DNA of 64,000 bases. Source: Polyangiaceae bacterium (GTDB lineage: Bacteria > Myxococcota_A > Polyangia > Polyangiales > Polyangiaceae). The DNA is taken from contig JADJXL010000022.1 in NCBI GenBank assembly GCA_016715885.1, positions 75,588-139,587 on the forward strand. Reading direction: 5' to 3'. Shown one piece after another: positions 25,801 to 33,616 of this stretch. The stretch's first letter is position 1, and the number at the start of each line of letters is the position of its first letter. The translations under genes were made by a program, and so were the position numbers. The notes beneath the pieces were generated by a model. That model saw only the letters and a program-made list of their open reading frames with translations. It searched no databases and was not told the DNA's origin.

Positions 25801-26724
25801 GCTCGATTGCTCCTGGGACTTGGTCGTTCGTCGGTGCGTTCGAGTCGCCAAGAGCAAGCGGCCGAGGAACTTGTGCGTGCAGCAGATGCCGCGGCAAACC
25901 TGGGCGAAGAGGGGCACGAGACACGCGTCATCGCTCTTCTCATGCTGGGCTTCCTTCTTCCAAGCCTCGGTCGATTGGAGGAAGCTGCATCCGTTCTCGA
26001 TGAAGTCATCCGTAGTTGCGAGGAACGTGTCGACCTCTTGCACATCGGGCCCGCATTCAGCAATCGCGCACTCGTACGTGGGTATCGTGGTGATCGCGAG
26101 GGTGCGATAGCCGATTTCGAGCAATCCATCGCGCTCGGGCGCAAGCTCGGACAGCCACAAGCCGAATTCATCGCGCACTTCAATCTCACCGAGTATCTCT
26201 ATTTCTTGGATGACTTGGAGACGGCAGAGTTTCATTTGGCGGCCGTGATTGCGCTTGCTTCCAAGCCGGCGACGGCCAGTTTATTGCACGTCGTGTTGAT
26301 GCTTCAGGCGCGCATGAAGCTCTACCGCGGCCATGCGGACGAATCTCGCCGCATCATGGGGCAAGTTCGGCACTTGCAGACCGTCGCACGCGAAAGCCAC
26401 AACGGGCACGAGCTTCTTTCGCCTTCGGACGACGTGCTCGCCGCCATGATCGAGACGGCGACGAGCGACGCGACGGATGCGCAATGGGACGACATCGAAG
26501 CGCGTTCGGCCATGTATTCGTTTGGACAAGAGCAGATCGAAGTCCTCGAGGCACGTGCGCGTTGGGCCATGCGCAATGGACGCCATGACGAGGCGAAGCG
26601 GCGCTTCGAGCGCGCGCTCGATCTTTCCACCCGCGTTCTCACCGTAATGATCCCTCGATTGCAGCGCGGGCTTGCGTCGCTTTCCCAAACAATGACCAAT
26701 GTCACCATCGTGGCAGCTTCTTGA
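22861..26724 (+). CDS. Ser/Thr protein kinase fused to AAA/STAND-like ATPase and TPR-like helical repeats (1287 aa)
   Basis: Kinase motifs VAAK, HRDLKPANIF, DFG, SYMAPE; then GRERELAMLDQ...VISGPAGIGKSRLL P-loop; long alpha-helical repeat C-terminus. Divergent from lon. Paralogue at 39236..43090. Confidence 0.85.
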   Translation: MMIRIGSVLRHRFRIEEQARAGGMGQIFRATDLSTGKSVAAKILLDTSPQHRARFQRETEILERIHHPHVVEYVGSGVSPDGEAFIVMEWLEGEDLLSVLTRRRLSVQEALSVSMRIASAMGAVHAQGVVHRDLKPANIFLVDGNLDQPKILDFGIAYVSDATRVTAAGTVVGTPSYMAPEQARSGGKVEATADVFSLGCLLFECLTGEPPFVAEHLVAVLAKVVFEEALRASELAPDVPDWLDRLIERMLAKDPALRPQDGAEVARLLEAATMPIGSEGERIDEPIGRDERRFLGVVLVGKPPTIQQDATVTITMDMPAPFDVKVVIERFGAHHELFADGTTVVIFDQTSIPTDIATQVARCALALRTHVPEAPIAIATGWGELGRGLPVGDAIERAVQLLYTPREDDIETEHRIFIDDTTAGLLDARFDVIDLDEHGFELRGERDVFDTSRPLLGKVTACVGRERELAMLDQALTNVISEPAAFAVVISGPAGIGKSRLLQAFVERNRQAGKPLAIWIGRGDPERAGSTYGLLADALQRAAGITPGASMDVRREKFAAFVSRFVEEDEQRRVTEFLGELAGVPFPDEDSLPLRAARQDPELCGEQMKLALHDFLRAVCARRPLLLVLDDVQFGDHASVAAVGAALRDLADEPILLVGTARPEIDQVFPNLWADNGRQLMTLGPISPKASARLVRQVLGESVEASLVERLVSLADGHPFFLEELVRTASEDRGGAMPSTVVAMVQTRLERLEPLERRALRAASVLGDVFWRSIVSQMVGADLTNTWSMLVKNEICVRHRESRFAGDEEYAFRQALLREGAYGLLTEKDRELGHRLAGDLLERAGETNPLILAGHFERGGLGARAAQYYIRGAELASARRDDLDAERWYSRALELLGSLPISAQRGRGLARFRLNQHAEAVEVLHAAAQQAAVEGDTLAQIELLLDEAMVLDWLSEYRKGEERVLEAKALKLERPSPLIDARLLLGLGRSSVRSSRQEQAAEELVRAADAAANLGEEGHETRVIALLMLGFLLPSLGRLEEAASVLDEVIRSCEERVDLLHIGPAFSNRALVRGYRGDREGAIADFEQSIALGRKLGQPQAEFIAHFNLTEYLYFLDDLETAEFHLAAVIALASKPATASLLHVVLMLQARMKLYRGHADESRRIMGQVRHLQTVARESHNGHELLSPSDDVLAAMIETATSDATDAQWDDIEARSAMYSFGQEQIEVLEARARWAMRNGRHDEAKRRFERALDLSTRVLTVMIPRLQRGLASLSQTMTNVTIVAAS

Positions 26725-26963
26725 CGCAACTTTCGCGTCACAATTTCGTCAGCGAAGCTCCTAATTCAAAGATGTCTGCGTGCGCGGTGCGTCGTCGCGT
26801 CACGCCCAAGCACAAATCGTAGGGCATGGTGGTAGTTGCAGCGACCAGACATTTTCCTGCGCACGAGTCTGGAAATAAGCAAAAAATCTGCTTGAGTTTC
26901 ATGCTGCAGTCGGAGATACTCGAACTGGTCGATCATTCCCCGTGTACAACGACGGAGGTAGTC

Positions 26964-27824
26964 ATGAGAATTCTCAATGCATTGATGTCCCTCGTGACTT
27001 TGGCAGCGCTGTCCGGTTGCGGAGCAGGTCCTCTCCCTGATGAGGCAGATGAGGAATCCTCGGGAGTGACTCAAGACGCACTCACGACGGAAAATGCGCT
27101 CACGGTCAACGCAATGACAGCCAACGCTCTCACACTCAACGCGCTCACAGCAAACGCGATGACGCTCAACGCGCTCACGCTGAACGCGATGACGCTCAAC
27201 GCGATCGCCGCCATTCAGGCGCCCACTGCGCAGGGTGATCTCAATCGGGAACTGTTGCGATACATCGTGGCATGTGCGCTCAAGCCCAACCAATCGTTCG
27301 ATTTCACCTGGACCGATTCAGGCGACGCCGTTCATGACGAACATTATGTGGGCCAACTAGGACTCGCTCCCAAATGGGCCAAGGGTCGTCTCGACAAAGA
27401 TGGCCAAGAGATGGTGAGCGCATGCTTGGCCGCAAAAGTCAATTTCTATGGAGTGCAAGTCACCATTTCCGTTCGTTCAGGGGAAAAGCCGTTGAAGCTG
27501 CATCCGCACAATCCCGAGCTCGACGATTATCCCAATATCGAAGGCGCGTTCTGGGGCAACCTCTGGGCGTCGCAACCCTACCTCAATGCGTGTTACATGA
27601 GCTCCAACGTGGACAATTCGCGCGACCAGCAGCGCGATTGCGCCGCGGGCCATGTGCTCCCCGATGGATCGATTGAACAGTGCGGCATCATCGACATCGT
27701 CGGATCATGCTCGTCGGTCTGTAAAAAATTCAACTCTTCGCGTGGCTACTACGAGGACTGCAAACAGAAGCCGGGCGTGAGCCACAAGCGCACGGACAAC
27801 GTCATCACCACCTCTCTTCTGTGA
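26964..27824 (+). CDS. Lipoprotein with (N-A-L/M-T-x)n pentapeptide-like tandem repeat
   Basis: GGAGG 6 nt upstream of ATG. Signal MRILNALMSLVTLAALSGC. ENALTVNAMTANALTLNALTANAMTLNALTLNAMTLNAIAAI is encoded by eight 15-bp tandem repeats (27094..27213). Cys-containing C-terminal domain. Confidence 0.7.
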   Translation: MRILNALMSLVTLAALSGCGAGPLPDEADEESSGVTQDALTTENALTVNAMTANALTLNALTANAMTLNALTLNAMTLNAIAAIQAPTAQGDLNRELLRYIVACALKPNQSFDFTWTDSGDAVHDEHYVGQLGLAPKWAKGRLDKDGQEMVSACLAAKVNFYGVQVTISVRSGEKPLKLHPHNPELDDYPNIEGAFWGNLWASQPYLNACYMSSNVDNSRDQQRDCAAGHVLPDGSIEQCGIIDIVGSCSSVCKKFNSSRGYYEDCKQKPGVSHKRTDNVITTSLL

Positions 27825-27889
27825 CAAACCGTCATCATCGCCTCGTTCGACGCGTGATCATCCGATAACGCAGCACTCCGGCTCTTTTT

Positions 27890-28501
27890 TCATCCCCCAT
27901 CGCGCTTGCGCCTCTGCGACCCGCGTTTCAGCACGCCACGCAAAACGAGCTCGTGCAGCGCCCGTGAAAGCGCCCGCGTCTCTTCGTGATCGCCACACAA
28001 AACCCACGGCGGCGCAAAGCTCGTGTACGCCCGCAGAATGATCCTTGCCGTCAGCGCGGGTTCTCCGACGTCAAACTCTCCCGCCTTCACGCCTGCATCG
28101 AGCAGCTCCGTCACGAGCGCCCGTTCCTCGTCGTGAAACCATTGCGACGCGCTCTTCACCGCCTGATTCGTGCAGTGCAGCAAATCTCGAGCATGCGCAC
28201 CTCCCGAAGCTTGCGACAAATACGCCTCGAGCCGCGCATCCATCACCGCTGAAAGCCGCTCCGCCCACGACGAACCCGCCTTCTCCGCAGCAGCTCGCAT
28301 CGAAGCAAGCACTGCATCGTGACGCGCTCGCGAAAGCGCTTCGATGATCGCTTCCTTCGACGGAAATTCCAGATAGACCGACCCGACACCGATGCCCGCT
28401 TCGCGCGCGACATCGGCAACCGTCGTCTTTTGCGGCCCGTAATGTTCGAGCAGGCGCTCGGCTGCCTGCAAAATCAGCTCACGTCGCGCCGCTTCGCTCA
28501 T
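27890..28501 (-). CDS. TetR/AcrR family transcriptional regulator
   Basis: N-terminal HTH RRELILQAAERLLEHYGPQKTTVADVAREAGIGVGSVYLEFPSKEAI. Confidence 0.85.
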   Translation of the reverse strand: MSEAARRELILQAAERLLEHYGPQKTTVADVAREAGIGVGSVYLEFPSKEAIIEALSRARHDAVLASMRAAAEKAGSSWAERLSAVMDARLEAYLSQASGGAHARDLLHCTNQAVKSASQWFHDEERALVTELLDAGVKAGEFDVGEPALTARIILRAYTSFAPPWVLCGDHEETRALSRALHELVLRGVLKRGSQRRKRDGG

Positions 28502-28582
28502 GGTTTCATCCGCCGAACCATGAACGAATTTGCCATGAGGTCACGCGTGCTGACAACTTTGTCATGACCAACCTGCAGGCGT

Positions 28583-28972
28583 TTACATCGTGTCTGCCGG
28601 TTTCGGTGTTCGAGGTGCCATGGGTCCAGGCGTTTGCGTGTCGACTCGAATGCCCGGCGAGTCGCCTGGAGCTTTGGGGTTCGCCGTCGCGGCCGCTGGC
28701 GGCGCTACAGCCGCGCTTGCCGTCGCCGCAACGGCTGCCGCAGAAGGTGCAAGTGCCGCGGCGCTCGAAGCGGGCGTCGTCGCCGAAGATGCGGTACCAG
28801 GCAATAGCTCCGGCGACAAACTCGGAGGCGCTAGCACGGCTTGATCCGTGAGCTTCGGAGGCTGTGCGGATGCTACGTCGACGGGCGCTGGCACCTGTGC
28901 CGATGGAGCCGGCTTCTGCTCGGCATCCGTGCGATTTTCGCAGCTCACGGAGCCGAGCAGCATCGCGAGCAT
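28583..28972 (-). CDS. Possible small Ala/Pro-rich lipoprotein (hypothetical)
   Basis: MLAMLLGSVSC lipobox followed by low-complexity A/P/S-rich sequence. The track ORF extends to 29089. Weak evidence. Confidence 0.3.
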   Translation of the reverse strand: MLAMLLGSVSCENRTDAEQKPAPSAQVPAPVDVASAQPPKLTDQAVLAPPSLSPELLPGTASSATTPASSAAALAPSAAAVAATASAAVAPPAAATANPKAPGDSPGIRVDTQTPGPMAPRTPKPADTM

Positions 28973-29295
28973 CGCACATCGCACGAGCCGTTTCGTCCGG
29001 GTCACCGACGTGTGATGCGTACTCGAGGGGCGGGACAAACCAGCGTTCTCCATCCGCATCGATCTACCAGAACGTGGACCTCGCGTCATCGATCCTGCGA
29101 ATGCCGTTTTCGCATCGGGCGAAGGAGCGTCGCAAGCGCTTGTCTTCAGCCTCGAGGTCGAACCGTGGCAATTCGTTGGTGGTCAAAACAATGGGACTGA
29201 ACGACTGTTGCCCATCGGAAAAAAGTTTGACGTCAAACGTTTTGTGCATCGTGTGCGGCAAGATGCGCAAAACGTTTCGAGCAAGTGACGATGGT

Positions 29296-30309
29296 TCAGA
29301 TGGGGGACGCGGGAAGCGTTGTCCCGAGCGCCGCGGCGAGCGTTAGCAGTTGTTGGGGCGATGCGCAACCCAAGTGTTCGCGTGACAAGCGGCCCGTGTG
29401 CCATCGATGCAGCCACGATGCTGCTGGATGAGCCGCTGCGGCACGGCCGAAATCGTCTCCGGTTTCCTGTACGAGCCGAGCGACTTCGGCATCCAGGCGA
29501 TTGCGCAATTCCGGAATGGACGCCCGCAATTCGGCTGCCCATTGGGATATGCGATCGAGCACGTCGCGGTCGAGCTCAGGATCTCGCAAGGATCGCAATT
29601 TCTTGTCGATTTGCTCGAATGTCATCGTTTGCCACGGCAATGTTCGCAAAACGGGGGCTTGCCATTCTTGGCGAACTTTCGCCCAATGATCCATTCGCGC
29701 GGGGACCGACACGATGCGCATTTCGGGAAGTAGCAGCCCGGTCAAACGCATTCCGTGGCACGCTCCCGTATCGATGCCAAAAATTCGATCTCGCAAAACG
29801 AGCGGTTCGGCGCCGACGACCGAATGGCCGAATACCACGGGCTTGTCGTCGTCGTAGAAGTCGTACCAGGGTTTGTCCCCGTAACGTTCCTTCAATTTCG
29901 TATCGCCCGACGCCGTACCCGCAAGGACGTCTTCGGGCACTTGATCGAGCGGCACGCCTGGGAAAAGGCCCCAATGGACGACGCGTACATCGTCGCGTTC
30001 CCAATAATAAGGCAATGTTGCAAGCCACCTTGCGTGGTCGTCGTAATGCTCGCCTATTTGCAATTTCGCGACTTGCTGCGAATACGACAAAACGCCGCGA
30101 ACGTGTTTGCGTTCATGGTTTCCGCAAAGAACGACGCTGTTTTTTCGATTGCGGAAAAACTCGATGCACGCGAGCGGATCGGGGCCGCGATCGACGATGT
30201 CGCCGACGCTGACGATGAGATCATCGTCGCCAATGCCCGCTTTATCGAGCAGGTCGAGTAACTCGGCGTGGCAACCGTGAATGTCTCCAATGATGATGGT
30301 GCTCGGCAT
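29296..30309 (-). CDS. Calcineurin-like metallophosphoesterase (PPP-family Ser/Thr phosphatase / ApaH-like) with C-terminal extension
   Basis: GDIHGCHAELLDLL...GDIVDRGPD...GNHE motifs. AAGGAG RBS. Confidence 0.85.
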   Translation of the reverse strand: MPSTIIIGDIHGCHAELLDLLDKAGIGDDDLIVSVGDIVDRGPDPLACIEFFRNRKNSVVLCGNHERKHVRGVLSYSQQVAKLQIGEHYDDHARWLATLPYYWERDDVRVVHWGLFPGVPLDQVPEDVLAGTASGDTKLKERYGDKPWYDFYDDDKPVVFGHSVVGAEPLVLRDRIFGIDTGACHGMRLTGLLLPEMRIVSVPARMDHWAKVRQEWQAPVLRTLPWQTMTFEQIDKKLRSLRDPELDRDVLDRISQWAAELRASIPELRNRLDAEVARLVQETGDDFGRAAAAHPAASWLHRWHTGRLSREHLGCASPQQLLTLAAALGTTLPASPI

Positions 30310-30420
30310 GGCAGGTACTCCTTCGCGTAGGTGGATTCGAACGTGCGCGTCCTGTATGACGAGCGGCCGCCAAAATGACCCGGACAGGATTCCGGACAGC
30401 GATGCAATGACTCATCTTAA

Positions 30421-30570
30421 CACGCACCTCACCCCCCCGGCCCCCCTCTCCAACTCCGCATTGCTCCGCAATGCTGCGTGGAGAGGGGGGAGAAAGGGCG
30501 TTGAACGGGTTTTTTCTTGTCTTTTTCCCCCTCTCCACGAAGCGAAGCGTAGTTGGAGAGGGGGTTAGGG
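30421..30570. repeat. ~150-bp palindromic (MITE-like) element with ~30-bp terminal inverted repeats CACCTCACCCCCC..CCTCTCCAACT / AGTTGGAGAGGGGG..GGGGTGAGG and a nested inner inverted repeat
   Basis: Inverted repeats read directly in the 295-bp spacer between the phosphoesterase and MVP-like genes. The GCACCTCACCCC/GGGGTGAGGTG termini recur at 38963 and 39183. Confidence 0.45.
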
Positions 30571-30604
30571 GGTGAGGCGCGAGCGCGCAAATCCTGGCCC
30601 GCTA

Positions 30605-33397
30605 TCAAGCCGCGCCGTTTGCTTCCGCCTTCGACGACTCGATGGCCGAACGAAGCGTATGCATCACCTTCGTCCCTCCGAGCACTTCGGAAAGAATGGT
30701 CCCCACGTCTTTGCCTTTGAAGAGGCTCACGAGGTTCATGTTTTCCGCGACCTCGGTCAAAAGCAGTTTGTCCCCGAGCGCCACCATGGCTTCCACGAGT
30801 TGCCTTTGCACGGCTTGACGTTCCGCCACCGTTGCAGCCGACTGCACTTCGATGAGCTTGATTTCGAGCTCGCGAATGCGCGTAGTGAATTCCACTTGCA
30901 CCTGATTCAGCACGCGCTGAGCTTCGGCACGTGCATCGGCGTCTTTACGCACGGTTTCGAGCTCTGCTGTTTTGGATTCGGCATCTCGCAAAAGGCGTGC
31001 TTTCAGCGTCGTTGCTTCGCGCTCGTCCGCGAGTGTCTGCCGTTCGCGCCGCACCGCTTCTTCTTCGCGTGCCGCGGAAAGCGCAGCTTCGTGCGCGAGT
31101 TTGCGGCTGATTTCATCGAGTTTGGCCGCCCGAACCCGAGCCTCCCCGAGCAATTCCTGGGTTTGCCTTTCCACGTCCGCTCGCAATTTCGCCGAAGCGA
31201 GCGCCTCTTGTGCTTTTCGATCACCAATCGCAAGCGTCACGCTCTCCGTTTGCACCTTTTGCATCAACGCCGCGACTTCGCGATCTTCGATTTCCGCGCC
31301 GAGCACTTCCACTTCCGTGAGAAGCGTGCCATTTTCCGTGAAGAGCCTTCCCGGTCGCGCGCCATCTTTGCGTTCACCAAGCAGTGTGTCGCGTAAAACC
31401 GCCGGCAATTGCGGCCACAGCGTCGAAAGCGATACGGATCGACACCGGCTGCGCATGATCGAGCGCAAGCGATCCACGATGAACTGAATGTAGTTTTCGT
31501 GGTTGAACCAGCGGTCCTTGTGATCCGCCAAAAATTCCACCGCATACGACAGACGCACGCTGATTTTGACGAAATCCGCCGTTTCGACCGTGACCTTGTC
31601 CGAAATCCGATTTCCCACCGTACGCAAAAAACACGTATTGAGCGGGTTCTCGTCGCTCTTCGGCGTTCCCGTCGACAGCGACAATGCCGTGAGCGATTCT
31701 TCGTACCCGAGCAGCGTCACGCACGGCCCTTCCACGACGCGTCGCGAATTGGCACTCGTCACGAGCACCGCCGTATTGTTTGGCACCGTCACCGACAATG
31801 CCCACGGAGTCGTTATGGGTCTGTTCGTTCGTTTGTGCGGTTCATTCGCGGCGACCCACAAATTCCAATCGTCGGTCGGCACGGTGCGCGTCACTTGAAC
31901 TTCTTTGCGCGGATCCACCAAATACGATTGTTTGCCTCGCACGAGCCGCACTTCGCCCGTGGCCAAGTCGCGCACGTAAATGCCACTTTTTTGATCGATT
32001 CCAAGCGCTTCGATGAAGACTCGCGCATGATCGTTGCCCACGACGGCTTGACCCGTTTCCGGCGAGAGCACTTCGATTTCGTTGAAGGGCACGAAGAACG
32101 TCGACACCCCCGTGAGCAACAGCTCGTCGCCCGGGAAGTATTCGTCCTTCGCCAGTTCGAACCCTCGAGGCAGTTTCGCAGCCAAGTCCGCTTTTTTGAT
32201 GGGCGCGATGACGCGCAGCCAAAGCGCACGTTGCGGAAGTAGCTCGTAAGCGTCGTAAATGCGATTGCGCGACCCTTCGGTCATGAACGTGTCGTATGGT
32301 CCAGGAAAAACCCTCGCCGGACCCACTTTGATTTCGCGTTTCCCGTCGGCATCGACGATCACGCAATATTCTTTTTCGCTCAGCACGACGGCTCGTCGAA
32401 TGAGCCGCGCTTGCCGCGCTTCTGCTTCGATGGCCCGACGCACCGTGCTCGATGCCAACAAATCTTGCATCGCCGCTGGCGAAACGATGGCTTGCTGTGC
32501 AGGAGCGGGCGCTGCAGCGGGCGCTTGTGGCGGCGGTGGTGCACCAGGTGCTTGCTTGCGCCCGCGCATGCGCGCCGATTGATCGATGAATTGGTTTGGC
32601 ACTTTGGAACGAGCTTGCCCCTTGACCGCATACGATTCTTCCTCGTCGTATGCAGGCTCCGGCGCTGCCGCTGCGCCAACTTCCTCGCGCGCCACGTCCA
32701 CACCCATTTGCCCGAGCACTTGACGAGCCACCGCTGCGCTGATGGACGCTCCGCTATCGTCGATCGACGTATCCGGTACGATGTCCACGCCTGTCGGCGG
32801 AATGTAAAACTGCGTATCGAGCCCTCGAATGACGATGAGCTGACCGCGTTTCAACGCCACCGGTTCGCGCGTTTGTTTGGCTTGCTGGGTTTCGTCCAGG
32901 TTTTCCTCGGTGGCTTTGGTAATCGTGGCCGAACGCGCCGTTACTTCGTAATACGGCGCGGTGCTGTCTGCTTCGCCGTATACTTTCACCACCAAATATT
33001 GATTCGACGCAAGCTCGTGGGCGTCGCGCACGTCGGCGCGCTGGCCCGGACGCAGGTAGAACGAACAAGGACCGGGAATCATCGACCGCGTGCCATTACG
33101 TAGCGGGCGAGATTCGTTGCGACCATTTTTGAATCGACCATTGGGACCGCTGTCCGCTTCCGCGAGTGGATTGAACAGCACCGCATATTGGTTGTCCCCG
33201 AGCTCCACCATGCTTTGCGGTTTGCCCGTCGTGTCTTCGCGAAACCCTCCCAGCCCGTCGTCGATCACCACGCGATCGGCGGCAGTCGGCGATACCATCG
33301 TGGGCCCGACGTGCAGCGTCACTTCGCCTTTGTCGTCGTCTTGAACCCACAGAAATTGTCGTTCGGTTACCGGGATTTTTCGGCTCGTTCGTTCCAT
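30605..33397 (-). CDS. Major vault protein (MVP)-like protein, ~930 aa
   Basis: N-terminus IPVTERQFLWVQDDDKGEVTLHVGPTMVSP and recurring 'hVGP...PG.y' beta-repeat units (EIKVGPARVFPGPYDTF; FYLRPGQRADV). SPFH/band-7-like 'shoulder' region, then a ~150-aa coiled coil (cap-helix-like) and a short C-terminal domain. ATG at 33397 with GAGG upstream; the track ORF starts at 33616. Confidence 0.65.
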   Translation of the reverse strand: MERTSRKIPVTERQFLWVQDDDKGEVTLHVGPTMVSPTAADRVVIDDGLGGFREDTTGKPQSMVELGDNQYAVLFNPLAEADSGPNGRFKNGRNESRPLRNGTRSMIPGPCSFYLRPGQRADVRDAHELASNQYLVVKVYGEADSTAPYYEVTARSATITKATEENLDETQQAKQTREPVALKRGQLIVIRGLDTQFYIPPTGVDIVPDTSIDDSGASISAAVARQVLGQMGVDVAREEVGAAAAPEPAYDEEESYAVKGQARSKVPNQFIDQSARMRGRKQAPGAPPPPQAPAAAPAPAQQAIVSPAAMQDLLASSTVRRAIEAEARQARLIRRAVVLSEKEYCVIVDADGKREIKVGPARVFPGPYDTFMTEGSRNRIYDAYELLPQRALWLRVIAPIKKADLAAKLPRGFELAKDEYFPGDELLLTGVSTFFVPFNEIEVLSPETGQAVVGNDHARVFIEALGIDQKSGIYVRDLATGEVRLVRGKQSYLVDPRKEVQVTRTVPTDDWNLWVAANEPHKRTNRPITTPWALSVTVPNNTAVLVTSANSRRVVEGPCVTLLGYEESLTALSLSTGTPKSDENPLNTCFLRTVGNRISDKVTVETADFVKISVRLSYAVEFLADHKDRWFNHENYIQFIVDRLRSIMRSRCRSVSLSTLWPQLPAVLRDTLLGERKDGARPGRLFTENGTLLTEVEVLGAEIEDREVAALMQKVQTESVTLAIGDRKAQEALASAKLRADVERQTQELLGEARVRAAKLDEISRKLAHEAALSAAREEEAVRRERQTLADEREATTLKARLLRDAESKTAELETVRKDADARAEAQRVLNQVQVEFTTRIRELEIKLIEVQSAATVAERQAVQRQLVEAMVALGDKLLLTEVAENMNLVSLFKGKDVGTILSEVLGGTKVMHTLRSAIESSKAEANGAA

Positions 33398-33555
33398 GAT
33401 CGCCTCGTGCGCGTATGTTAACGCGAACGAGCATGTGTGTGAAAGGGTGTTCCGTTTTTGATCAGGGTAAATTGATGGGGGTGTCCGCGCCTCGCGGTGC
33501 TTGCGCAAGCAAAAGCACCGGGAGGCGAGCCGCGGACCCCCCCATCGTAAACTAG

Positions 33556-33602
33556 CCTCGCGAAGCGCGCGTCCTACGCGCGCGAAGCGAGCGTGCAAGC
33601 CT
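33556..33602. repeat. REP-like palindrome, imperfect copy of the 20181..20217 element
   Basis: CCTCGCGAAGCGCGCGTCC-TACGCGCGCGAAGCGAG with shared flanks (GACCCCCCCATCG..., ...GTGCAAGCCTGGGCCC). Lies 3' of the MutS-like gene. Confidence 0.5.
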
Positions 33603-33616
33603 GGGCCCGGATCCAT

